Source: Terriglobia bacterium
GTDB lineage: Bacteria > Acidobacteriota > Terriglobia > Versatilivoradales > Versatilivoraceae
NCBI GenBank assembly: GCA_041484625.1
Contig: JBGPHY010000001.1
Coordinates: forward strand, 1 to 45,292
Direction: 5' to 3'
Length of the DNA: 45,292 bases
This document shows, in pieces, positions 8,394 to 17,607 of this stretch. The notes under the pieces were generated by a model that worked only from the letters and a program-made list of their open reading frames with translations, ran no database searches and had not been told where the DNA came from. Numbering within the stretch: position 1 is the stretch's first letter; every line of letters begins with the position of its first letter. Position numbers and translations under genes: made by a program.

Positions 8394-11315
8394 CTAGAAG
8401 TTGAAACGCAGACCCAGCTGGATGACCCTTCCCCCGGATGATCCGATAATCTTTCCCGCATTCAAATTGGGATTCTCCTTGGAACCGATCTCATTGTCGG
8501 GCCAGTTCAGGTTAGCGTGGTTGAAAGTGTTGAAAGCCTCGACGATCAGTTCCAGGGTCCAGGCATCCGTTACCGGAAGGCGCTTAGTGAGTGACATGTC
8601 GATGTTCTGGGCGCCGGGATTGCGCAAAGTGGGATGAGTCCGGGGTCCGTCACCCAGGGTGAAATCCGGTGGCTGATCGAAGGCCGCAGGATTGAACCAC
8701 TGAGACGCCGAGGGTTGGTCCACGTGGGGATTGACCCTGGCGACCACATTGACACGCAGAGCCTCGGCTACGCCTCCGGTATTGTTAAAGAGAGGCCTCA
8801 GAATGATCGGAGTCCCCGTCCGGAAGGTGGTGACTCCGCTGAAGCTCCATCCCGCCAGGAACCGCTCAATCCAGCTCTCTTCGTTCAGAAAGGTTTTTCC
8901 CGGCCCGAAGGGGAATTCATAGAGATAGTTCAATGATAACTGGTGAGTCACGTCATAAGGAGTGATGGATTTTTCAGGTTTCAGATTGCCGGAGTTCTGG
9001 GGTTTCATCCATTCGTCAGCAATGTCATCAATGGATTTGGCAAGCGTGTAGAGTGCCGTGAAACTTAATCCGTGTGAGAATCGTTTCTCTGCTCGCAGGT
9101 CTCCGCGGTGGGATGTATTTGATCCGATCGGGTAACCGTAGCCGGTGACGATTTCGCGGTACTGCGGATATGGCCGCAGAGAGAAGTTGAAGTTCAGGTC
9201 GTTCAACTGATCACGGTATACCAGGGCTTGGGGCGGCAACGCATTTAAATCCAGGCCATTCCCCATGAATCGGTGAGTTCCTTTCTCGCCATAATACCCC
9301 ACCCGAAGCACAAATTCGGCAGGGAAATCCCTCTCCAGTTCCAGTCGCCAATTCTGGTCATAAGGAAGCGTGCCGATCGGATCCATGTAGTGAGCTCGGG
9401 TATGGTTGGCGGCGGTAGGGGAAAGATCAGGCGGCGGGACAAAATCCTGTGGGAAACCGCCACGCAGGACTGCAGCCGGAACTAACTGGTCGTTTGCCGA
9501 GATGAAGAGTGGATAAGCATTGAATCCCAGAGTCCCGAAATCGGTGGGGAAGAGCGGGAATGCCTCAAAATACAAGGAATAACCACCCCGGATCACAGTT
9601 TTGCGGTCTCCGAAGGGATTTAGAGCCCAACTGATTCCGGGCTCCCAATGTAGCTGGGCGGGAGCGAAGGTTGGGGGATGCCCGTTTTTATCCGCAAAAA
9701 TGAGTGCGCCTGGGCGGTTGTTCTCCGGGTTGATCAAACTTAGATCGAGGTTGGACTGCTGGTTATATTTTTCTCGCCTGGAGGTGTCGATTTGAAACCC
9801 AAGGCTGAAACTCCAATTCAGATTTCGAGTCATCTGGTATTCGTCACCAAACCTCCATTGGTAGTGATCGGTCCGGAAATAGGAAGGCCGAAGTGTAATG
9901 GACTGGTCTGCCCGGTTGGAAAACCCCAAGAGGAATTGAGCAAAAGAATCACCCGTATTATTGATGCCTGGCAAACTGGTCAGCCGCCCATTGAAAAGGA
10001 ATCGTCCTGCAGGTGTTCTGGGCCGAAGCGTATTGACTTGAGACCAGGTAGCCGCAAAGCTCAAGCGAAGGTTGTGATTTTTCCGTCGGATGCTGAAGTC
10101 GTTCGACACCGAATAGCCGGCAGTCTGATAGCGGATCAAGGATCCCGGTTGGCTACCGATGCTTAAGTAGGGCCAGAACTCAAACCGGGGGAACGATCCC
10201 GCCTGGACTCCACTCAATCCCAACTGCTCCGCGTAATCAACTGGCTGCGCCCCTGAGCCCTCGTTCTTCAAGGAACTATGCCAGGCGGAGAGATTGAACT
10301 GGTTCACGATTGCAGGTGAGAGGTTAAAGGTCTCGCTCATCCCCATACTCCGGGAACTGACCCGCCGGGGAGGATCTCCGGGATTGGCGGGGTTCTCAAA
10401 GAGAGGAGCGGCCCCGGTGAGTCCACTGGACAGACGTCCATTCCAGGTAAGCTTATGGCGGGCAAACAAGTTGTGATCCAGCTTCCATACGATCCCGTTG
10501 GGGGTGTTGGTCTCTACTGAGTTTGTAAAGAAGTTGTTTCTCAGAAATGGTCCGACGTTAGTATTGGGCTGTGGGTAGTAAGCCGCAGCATTGAGAGCCA
10601 CGGGGTCCAGCCGCTCCCGGGGTATGATGTTGGCGGGGAAAGGGTCCCGCAGATATTCCAGATTGTTCAGCGAGACCGGTCTCGACGTGTCGAAGGCGGG
10701 ATTCGGACGGGTGGTGAGAGGATCATAGATCGTAACCGGGACTCCGGCGTTATCTACCAGGTCGGAGAAATCCCCAAAGCGCTGTGGCCCGGTAGGAATT
10801 GTTTCTAGTCGGGGCCTCGAGATCCTCTCTCTCGTTCCTTCGTAGGTCAATGAAAAAAAGGTTTTCCCGCGTCCATCGTACAGTCGTGGAAGCTTGACCG
10901 GCCCGGTGAGATTGAAGCCAAACTGGTTCCGTCTGAGGACGGACTTGGACCCATTGGCCTGACGCACTTGATGGGGCAGGGCGTCCAGGGCGTCGTTTCT
11001 CAGATATTCGTAAAAATTGCCGTGATAATCCTTGATCCGGGAGAGTGTCTTTGCCTGATTGCCGGCCGATTGCGTGGATGTCAAACGCTCGATCTGCACC
11101 CGATATTCTTGAAGGGCCTGATCAAAGACAGATTCGTCATGAGACAGACCGTCATCCGCCTCTGGCTCAGGTTTTGAGCTGTCCGGTTGCTTTGTCACAG
11201 CCGGAGCCTGAGCAGTTCTTGGAGATAGCAAGGAGAGCAGGGGAGGGAACGGCAGGGGCCCGATCTCAGCCAAATTAGTCGGGGCGAGGCAGAAACACAG
11301 GAGGAACCAACTCAT
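8394..11315 (-). CDS. Oar-like TonB-dependent-receptor-type giant beta-barrel lacking the usual N-terminal CarboxypepD_reg and plug regions
   Basis: HGNFYEYLRNDALDA...RRNQFGFNLTGPV...KTFFSLTYEGTRER matches the conserved post-plug segment of Oar-like OMPs. Long barrel ending in ...QLGLRFNF (terminal Phe). ATG 11313-11315 with a short hydrophobic leader. The N-terminal ~110 aa are low-complexity or coiled instead of plug. Confidence 0.7.
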   Translation of the reverse strand: MSWFLLCFCLAPTNLAEIGPLPFPPLLSLLSPRTAQAPAVTKQPDSSKPEPEADDGLSHDESVFDQALQEYRVQIERLTSTQSAGNQAKTLSRIKDYHGNFYEYLRNDALDALPHQVRQANGSKSVLRRNQFGFNLTGPVKLPRLYDGRGKTFFSLTYEGTRERISRPRLETIPTGPQRFGDFSDLVDNAGVPVTIYDPLTTRPNPAFDTSRPVSLNNLEYLRDPFPANIIPRERLDPVALNAAAYYPQPNTNVGPFLRNNFFTNSVETNTPNGIVWKLDHNLFARHKLTWNGRLSSGLTGAAPLFENPANPGDPPRRVSSRSMGMSETFNLSPAIVNQFNLSAWHSSLKNEGSGAQPVDYAEQLGLSGVQAGSFPRFEFWPYLSIGSQPGSLIRYQTAGYSVSNDFSIRRKNHNLRLSFAATWSQVNTLRPRTPAGRFLFNGRLTSLPGINNTGDSFAQFLLGFSNRADQSITLRPSYFRTDHYQWRFGDEYQMTRNLNWSFSLGFQIDTSRREKYNQQSNLDLSLINPENNRPGALIFADKNGHPPTFAPAQLHWEPGISWALNPFGDRKTVIRGGYSLYFEAFPLFPTDFGTLGFNAYPLFISANDQLVPAAVLRGGFPQDFVPPPDLSPTAANHTRAHYMDPIGTLPYDQNWRLELERDFPAEFVLRVGYYGEKGTHRFMGNGLDLNALPPQALVYRDQLNDLNFNFSLRPYPQYREIVTGYGYPIGSNTSHRGDLRAEKRFSHGLSFTALYTLAKSIDDIADEWMKPQNSGNLKPEKSITPYDVTHQLSLNYLYEFPFGPGKTFLNEESWIERFLAGWSFSGVTTFRTGTPIILRPLFNNTGGVAEALRVNVVARVNPHVDQPSASQWFNPAAFDQPPDFTLGDGPRTHPTLRNPGAQNIDMSLTKRLPVTDAWTLELIVEAFNTFNHANLNWPDNEIGSKENPNLNAGKIIGSSGGRVIQLGLRFNF

Positions 11316-11740
11316 CCTGCAAACCATTCGGGGGTGTAGTTCATAAGGCCTATCTGAATAACTGCCAAGCATGGATCCAAGCAGCGCGTTGCAGGATTCA
11401 AGCAACAGACTGAGTATCCCGCAATCGTGGAAGGGTTGTCAACCGCCCGCAGATTCCCGCCGGGGATGAAGGAGGGGCCGCCAGAATTTCCGTAGGACTC
11501 AACCTTATTCCAAGATGGGATTCTGCGACTCACATAAGTCCATGATACTAAAACGAGAATGAAGGCCTGCTTAAGTGTGCGGGAAACCTCTGTAATAGGC
11601 ACCATCTCGAAGTCGTGACTTGCCTAGTGGAATTGAACCGTGCGAGGATATCGTCGCAAACGAGGAGTTCACTGGATCTGAGCCGTTCATGTATCATAGG
11701 CAGTAAAGAAAGACGATGCCTTGTTGCTGACACATATCTC

Positions 11741-13897
11741 ATGGAGACACCCATGCCTGACTCTGCCCCGTCTGCCCATGCAGAAGTTGTTTCCGAAAGT
11801 ACCCTGCAGGATTCCCAGCTATACATCAATCGGGAACTGAGCCTCCTGCAGTTCCAGTACCGGGTCCTTGAAGAAGCCCAGGATCCGGGCAATCCCTTGC
11901 TGGAGCGAGTTAAGTTCCTGGCGATCGTTGGGTCCAATCTGGATGAGTTCTTTATGGTGCGGGTGGCAGGACTACAGCAACAGATGGCCGCCGGGGTGCC
12001 TGACGTATCAGAGGACGGACATGCTCCGTCTGCACAATTGGCTGTAATCCGCCGTGTAGCCGGCAAGCTGATGATCCAGGGGCGGGAGTGCTTTCAGCAG
12101 GAATTATTGCCGGTCCTGGCCAAGGCCGGGATATTCATTCTAAATTACTCCGACCTGGACGACAAGCAGCGCTCCAAGATGGAGAAGTATTTCACGGAAA
12201 TTGTTTTCCCTGTATTGACTCCCCTCGCCTTTGACCCCGGACGCCCCTTCCCTCACATTTCCAATTTGAGCCTAAACCTTGCCATCCTAATAAAGGACAA
12301 GGCCGGCAATGAGCATTTCGCACGCCTCAAGGTGCCTGATACCCTCCCTTCCTTGGTGCCGATCAAACGTTCCTCGGGGGGATTGCGCAAAGACGGGACG
12401 GCTCCGCACAACCATTACTTTGTCTGGCTGGACCAGCTCATTGCCGCTAACCTGCAGACGCTTTTCCCCGGGATGGAGATTGTAGAAGCTCATCCCTTTC
12501 GGGTGACCCGGGATGCCGATCCCGTGATCCAGGATCTGGAAGCTGACGATCTACTGGAGACGGTCGAAGAAAGCGTGCGGCAACGCCGCTTTGGCGCCGT
12601 GGTTCGGTTGATTGTGAACCGGGCCATGCCCCGGCAGATCCTGGAGATCCTGGTGAATAACCTCGAGGTCGATAGCCGGGATGTGTATACGGTGGATGGC
12701 CCACTGGCGCTTAGCAGCCTGATGAGCATTTACGGCATTGAGCGCCATGACTTGAAAGATCCCCCTTTCATCCCCTATTTCCAACCAGCGCTGGATACCA
12801 GCTCCGAAGACAGCGAAATCTTCGCCGCTATCCGGCGCGGACCCGTTGTCCTGCATCATCCCTTTGATTCTTTCAAGCACGTAGTGGATTTTCTCAACGC
12901 CGCGGCCCGAGATCCGGATGTCCTGGCCATTAAGATGACCCTCTATCGGGTGGGAAGGAACTCTCCGGTGGTGGCTGCACTCCTGAAGGCCATGGAGAAT
13001 AACAAGCAAGTGGCCGTACTGGTGGAACTGAAAGCCCGGTTCGACGAGGAAAGCAATATCCATTGGGCCAGGGCTCTCGAAGCCGAGGGGGTCCACGTGG
13101 TGTACGGCCTACTGGGATTGAAAACCCACTGCAAAATCGCCTTGGTGGTGCGTCGGGAAGGAAAGCGCATTCGCCGCTATGTGCACTTGGCTACCGGCAA
13201 CTATAACCCGGTGACAGCCCAGTTATATACCGACCTCGGATATTTCACCTGTGATGATACAATTGGATCGGACGCCACAGATCTCTTCAACTATTTGACC
13301 GGCTATTCAGCCAAGTCCGATTACCAAAAGCTGCTTGTGGCCCCTATCAATCTCCGGAGCCGCGTTGAAGAGCTGATCTTGCGGGAGATTGAGCACCAGC
13401 GAAATGGGCGGCAAGGGCACCTCATTTTCAAGATGAATTCACTGGCCGACAGGTCAGCGATTCACTTGCTTTACGAAGCCTCTCAAGCCGGAGTGAAAAT
13501 AGACTTGCTGGTGCGCGGGATTTGTTGCCTGCGGCCGGGTCTGCCCGGAATCAGCGAAAACATCCGGGTGGTCAGTATAGTGGGCCGATTCCTGGAGCAC
13601 AGCCGGATCTTCTATTTCCGCAACGGCGGTGACGAGGAAATCTACCTGGGAAGCGCTGACCTGATGCCGCGCAATCTGAACTATCGGGTGGAAGTCGTGT
13701 TTCCTGTTGAGGATTTCCGGCTGATCAGGGTGTTGCGGGATGAAGTACTGGAGACCTACCTGGCCGACAATTTCAAAGCCCGCCTGATGGCCAGCGACGG
13801 CACTTATTCCCGGCTGGTGTCGAATGATGCCAATCCTTCTCTCAACGCCCAATCCTGGTTTCTCCAGAACCGGACCGGCAAGCCTCCCAGGGTATAG
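11741..13897 (+). CDS. ppk1: polyphosphate kinase 1
   Basis: Full-length PPK1 architecture: YINRELSLLQFQYRVLEEA, the phospho-His context KTHCKIALVVRRE, and tandem PLD-like C domains. ATG at 11741 chosen over the upstream alternative start. Confidence 0.95.
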   Translation: METPMPDSAPSAHAEVVSESTLQDSQLYINRELSLLQFQYRVLEEAQDPGNPLLERVKFLAIVGSNLDEFFMVRVAGLQQQMAAGVPDVSEDGHAPSAQLAVIRRVAGKLMIQGRECFQQELLPVLAKAGIFILNYSDLDDKQRSKMEKYFTEIVFPVLTPLAFDPGRPFPHISNLSLNLAILIKDKAGNEHFARLKVPDTLPSLVPIKRSSGGLRKDGTAPHNHYFVWLDQLIAANLQTLFPGMEIVEAHPFRVTRDADPVIQDLEADDLLETVEESVRQRRFGAVVRLIVNRAMPRQILEILVNNLEVDSRDVYTVDGPLALSSLMSIYGIERHDLKDPPFIPYFQPALDTSSEDSEIFAAIRRGPVVLHHPFDSFKHVVDFLNAAARDPDVLAIKMTLYRVGRNSPVVAALLKAMENNKQVAVLVELKARFDEESNIHWARALEAEGVHVVYGLLGLKTHCKIALVVRREGKRIRRYVHLATGNYNPVTAQLYTDLGYFTCDDTIGSDATDLFNYLTGYSAKSDYQKLLVAPINLRSRVEELILREIEHQRNGRQGHLIFKMNSLADRSAIHLLYEASQAGVKIDLLVRGICCLRPGLPGISENIRVVSIVGRFLEHSRIFYFRNGGDEEIYLGSADLMPRNLNYRVEVVFPVEDFRLIRVLRDEVLETYLADNFKARLMASDGTYSRLVSNDANPSLNAQSWFLQNRTGKPPRV

Positions 13898-13983
13898 TGT
13901 TCATAACCCTTCGCCTGAGAATCGACGGCGTGAAAGGCCGGCGGGGTATTGTCAAGTTGAGAAGATCCGCGCAGACTGGGTGG

Positions 13984-14621
13984 ATGAAAACCAATGCGCC
14001 CAGCTATCGCGGATACCGATTTCCGCCTGATATCGTCAGCCATGCTGTTTGGCTCTACTACCGCTTCTGCTTGAGCTTCCGTGATGTGGAAGCCCTCCTG
14101 GCAGAGCGTGGGATTACCGTATCCTGCGAGACGATCCGCCAGTGGTGTCGGAAGTTTGGTACCGATTACGCCCGGGGACTCAGGCGACGACAAGGTCGCT
14201 TGGGCGACACGTGGCACCTGGACGAACTGTTCGTGACTATCCAAGGTCAGCGACAATATCTAAGGAACCTCGGCGGCTGGTCACCGATAAGCTGAGGAGC
14301 TATCAAGCAGCGCACCGCGCTATCATGCCTTCTGTCGTGCACGACACCGAACGCTACGCTGACAATCGGGCTGAAGTCCCGCATAAGACGGTTCGACAGC
14401 GCGAGCGACCAATGCGAGGGTTCAAATCCGCCGCTCAAGCGCAACGATTCTGGCCTGTACACGGAGTCATCCAGAATCTCTTCCGAGTCGGACGCCACCT
14501 GCTGCGGTCAGCTAGCCACCGGATGTTGCGAACCCATTCCCTGCTGGTGTGGCATGAGACAACGTGTGCCTTTAGTATCGGACCTCACCAGGTCCTGACT
14601 CTGAGGCTGTCCGTGAAATGA
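13984..14621 (+). mobile_element. IS6-family (IS26/IS6100-like) transposase relic with internal deletion plus frameshift
   Basis: The N-part YRGYRFPPDIVSHAVWLYYRFCLSFRDVEALLAERGITVS...GDTWHLDELFV and the C-part RRLVTDKLRSYQAAHRAIMPSVVHDT..YADNRAEV...MRGFKS are classic IS6 transposase blocks. The segment carrying the second catalytic Asp (WRAVD... region) is missing, and the halves are in different frames (junction about 14263-14267). Confidence 0.8.
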
Positions 14622-14671
14622 TGGGGAGGATGTCCTTTTCCTCCGCGGGTAACAAGCACATCTAAGCTAGG

Positions 14672-15728
14672 TCAACTGATTCTCTTGAGCCGGGTGACCC
14701 TTCCGTCTGAAATCCACTCCACCACATAAATGTTGCCCGTATGGTCAAAACAGGCAGCATGAGGGGAGACGAATTTCCCTGCCACTCGATCTTCGTGAGC
14801 GATATTGGGCCAACCCTTCATATTCCAGACCTCCGGATTGTCCCCGAGCTGAGTGATGAGCTTGTTGTTTTTATCAAAAAGTGTAACACGTCCGTGGAGA
14901 TCGGGGATGACCAGTTCAATCGTGATACTGGTCGAAGTGACACGGGCGGCGCAATTCGTCAGTCACAAAACCCAGGTGTTTGCCGTCCAGCGTGAATGTC
15001 TGCAACCTTCGGTTACTGCGGTCAGCCACAATCACCACTGGGTTGGTCCCACGAATGTCCACCCAAATACCGTGGGGGCAGTCCAGCTTTCCTGCCTCAC
15101 TGCCTTTCCCGCCCCAGGAGCGGATGTACTCGGCCCGGGCGTTGTACTGGTGGACCCAACTGAGGCCGTAGCCGTCCGCCACGTAGAAGTCCCCATTGGG
15201 CGCCACGGCTACATTGGTCGGTTTGTATTCTTCTTCTTTTTGGTAGATTCCTGTATCTTTGGGGTAAGTGAGTGTCCAGACCACTTCCCCATCGAGGCTC
15301 GTCTTGACCACGATATGGCGGACATAATCGGCCAGGTACAGGTATTCTCTGTTTCCTTCCTTGCTGAGTAACATGCCGTGGGCCCCCTGCTGGAATTCCT
15401 TCCCCCACGACTTGATGAACTTTCCGTCGCTGTCAAAGATGACGACCGCATCCGGACTCTGGTTGTGAATGTACACTCGTTGCTGGGAATCGACGATTAC
15501 GCCATGGGTATAGCCGTACTGGACGCCTTCGGGAAGTTTCCCCCACCCTGGAACGAACTCGTAAAGATGGGAACCGCTGCCGAGAATCACGGTCTTTTCC
15601 CCGCCGGATTTATCGCTTGCCAGGATTTGGGGGACGGCTGCCGCCACCGCACCGCCACTGATCGTTTTCATAAAACACCTCCGGGTCAGGACACGGCCCG
15701 TCCGTTGCGCAGTTTTCTGCGGGCGCAT
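14672..15728 (-). pseudogene. TAT-exported NHL-repeat / six-bladed beta-propeller protein with a 1-nt frameshift near 14916-14918
   Basis: Twin-arginine signal TRRCFMKTISGGAVAAAV after ATG 15726-15728 (SD GGAGAAG). The ORF stops at TGA 14916-14918, but the +1 frame continues without a stop as ELVIPDLHGRVTLFDKNNKL...FVSPHAACFDHTGNIYVVEWISDGRVTRLKRIS to TGA 14672-14674. Removing one T from GATTGAA restores a single ORF. Confidence 0.75.
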
Positions 15729-15818
15729 ATTAGTCTTCTCCACATTTCGTAGGGTTCGATGGCTGCCATCATAAAGATTCCTCGGCTGCCTGGCAACCAA
15801 TTCCCTCGACTTCACGTT

Positions 15819-16178
15819 CTACGGCTCGAGTCTGCGCCGGACCTCGATCCCGACGGCACCGATTTGGTCTGTGAAGGGCCGTAATTTGCGGATGGCGAAT
15901 TGAACGGACTCTACGGGGAACTGACCCAAAATGGCCTGACAGGCCTGATGGGCGATTTCTTCCAGCAGTTTAAAACTCCCCCGGCCGCAGACCTGCTCGA
16001 GGGTTGCAAAGACTGCGGCGTAATCCACGCCCCGAGAAAGGTCTCCCGTTTCGCCTGCCTGGCTCAGGTCGGCCTCCAGCACGACATCGAGCCGGCAAGG
16101 TTGCGGCCGGATACGCTCTGCTTCGGTCACACCGACTGCAATCCAAAAGCGAACATCTTCCAAGAGGATTCTGTCCAC
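15819..16178 (-). CDS. folB: dihydroneopterin aldolase
   Basis: 119 aa. The pattern ...IAVGVTEAERIRPQPCRLDVVLE...VDYAAV...LLEEIAHQ is typical of FolB. Confidence 0.85.
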   Translation of the reverse strand: MDRILLEDVRFWIAVGVTEAERIRPQPCRLDVVLEADLSQAGETGDLSRGVDYAAVFATLEQVCGRGSFKLLEEIAHQACQAILGQFPVESVQFAIRKLRPFTDQIGAVGIEVRRRLEP

Positions 16179-16183
16179 TTCGA

Positions 16184-16702
16184 TTAACTCTTTTCCGGGG
16201 TCTGCTCGGGATGGGCGAAAGGTCCGATCAGTGGCTGTCGCCTATGCACGGGGTAGTCCTTCCTCAGGGGATGGCCTTCGAACTCCTCGTACATGAGGAT
16301 ACGTTTTAGATTGGGATGGTTGCGAAACTTGATCCCAAACATGTCCCAGACTTCGCGCTCAAACCAATCGGCTCCCCGCCAAAGATCTGTCAGCGAATCG
16401 ACTTCTGGGTTCTCGGCTTCCACTGGCACCTTGAGGCGGACCCGCTGCTTATGGGAGAGCGAAAAGAAATGATAAACCATTTCAAAACGGGGCCGCTTGT
16501 TCATTTTCAAGCCGTCCACCGCCGTCAGATCCATCAGAAAATTGTAGTCCAAATCGGGATCATGCTTGAGGAATGTGGCTACCGGGACCACCTCGTCCGG
16601 GAGGATGACCGCCGTGTCATCCCCCCGAAAGGAAAGGGTTCCCAGGATGCTGCTACCGAATTTCTCCTTCAACTTTGTCAGGGTCGGGCTGTCTTCAGCC
16701 AT
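16184..16702 (-). CDS. nuoC: NADH-quinone oxidoreductase subunit C
   Basis: RFEMVYHFFSL...VRLKV...WRGADWFEREVWDMFGIKFRNHPNLKRIL is the conserved NuoC/30-kDa core. Confidence 0.9.
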   Translation of the reverse strand: MAEDSPTLTKLKEKFGSSILGTLSFRGDDTAVILPDEVVPVATFLKHDPDLDYNFLMDLTAVDGLKMNKRPRFEMVYHFFSLSHKQRVRLKVPVEAENPEVDSLTDLWRGADWFEREVWDMFGIKFRNHPNLKRILMYEEFEGHPLRKDYPVHRRQPLIGPFAHPEQTPEKS

Positions 16703-16705
16703 TGT

Positions 16706-17164
16706 CTAGAATTCCTGTCTGGAATGCTGGATTTTCTCCTGCAATTTCATAAGTCCGTCGAGCACGGTTTCGGGACGAGGGGGACAGCCAGGAATATAGA
16801 TGTCTACCGGGACAATCGTATCAATTCCCTGCACCGTGGCGTAATTGTCGTAGAACCCGCCAATGCACGTGCACACGCCGAAAGCCACAACCCACTTGGG
16901 CTCGCACATCTGGTCGTACACTCGTTTCAACACCGGGGCCATCTTCTGACTGATCGTCCCCACTACAAACAGGACATCAGCCTGGCGGGGTGAGAAACGC
17001 GGGAAGCCTGCTCCAAAACGGTCCAAATCATAATGAGAGGCCGCTGTGGACATAAACTCCATCCCGCAGCAGGCGGTCACAAAGGGATACTGAAACAGGG
17101 AGTACTTACGGGCCCAGGCCACGGCCTTCTCTATTTTTGAAGTGAGGAATCCATCACGGAGCAT
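16706..17164 (-). CDS. nuoB: NADH-quinone oxidoreductase subunit B
   Basis: Cluster N2 ligand contexts ACCGMEF, GVCTCIGGFY and IPGCPPRPE, plus SPRQADVLFVVGT. ATG 17162-17164 preferred over the GTG at 17197. Confidence 0.92.
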   Translation of the reverse strand: MLRDGFLTSKIEKAVAWARKYSLFQYPFVTACCGMEFMSTAASHYDLDRFGAGFPRFSPRQADVLFVVGTISQKMAPVLKRVYDQMCEPKWVVAFGVCTCIGGFYDNYATVQGIDTIVPVDIYIPGCPPRPETVLDGLMKLQEKIQHSRQEF

Positions 17165-17607
17165 ACTCTGCACCCTTTCAAATTGTTTCTGACACACCGA
17201 CCTCCGTCGCGCCTACCCAACCCCCTCCATTGAAGTGTTGCACGGTGCCATTTTACTTGCCATTGCCATGTTAACACGCCCATCGGCCCGAGTCCAAGCG
17301 GAGCTTTTCCGAAGACTTCCCTCTCCCCCTCGCTCTCAAAAAGGGTAGAATAAAGATCTTCAGCCACCAGGATAACTACTGGCGGATGGCAGGAGGGAAG
17401 GCCTGGGATAGTCCCAAGGAGAATGTTCTTTGTCTTGGTTCATATCCTCGCCAGACCAAATGCCGAGAGCGTCGAGGAGAATGAGGACGGAAAAGAAGTA
17501 GCAAGGAGTCTTACAAGACTCAGGCAGAAGACGTTTAGTGCTCCGGAAAGAGCATAAGGTGCTTTTCGGCAGCCAGTTTCCAACGATTCCTTACAGAGGT
17601 TTTCAAG

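Noticed and set aside
13804-14256. 150-aa minus-strand ORF across the ppk1 end and the IS6 relic
   Set aside because: It is antisense to recognisable IS6 transposase sequence and has no motifs of its own.
14418-14429. GGGTTCAAATCC T-loop-like motif
   Set aside because: It lies inside the IS6 transposase coding sequence (encodes RGFKS), and there is no cloverleaf around it.
13946-14590. Terminal inverted repeats of the IS6 relic (GGTATTGTCAAGTTG on the left; GAGACAACGTGTGCC near 14567-14581 on the right)
   Set aside because: Each resembles IS6-family ends individually, but they are not good inverse complements of each other, so the element boundaries cannot be claimed.
17198-17607. Possible nuoA remnant, or small RiPP-precursor ORFs (33 aa and 44 aa), in the nuoB/M16 divergent spacer
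   Set aside because: The only NuoA-like resemblance (LFESEGEREVFG versus YECG...) is weak and is not followed by NuoA-like helices in any frame. The small ORFs have poor SD spacing (1-2 nt) and no precursor-like features.
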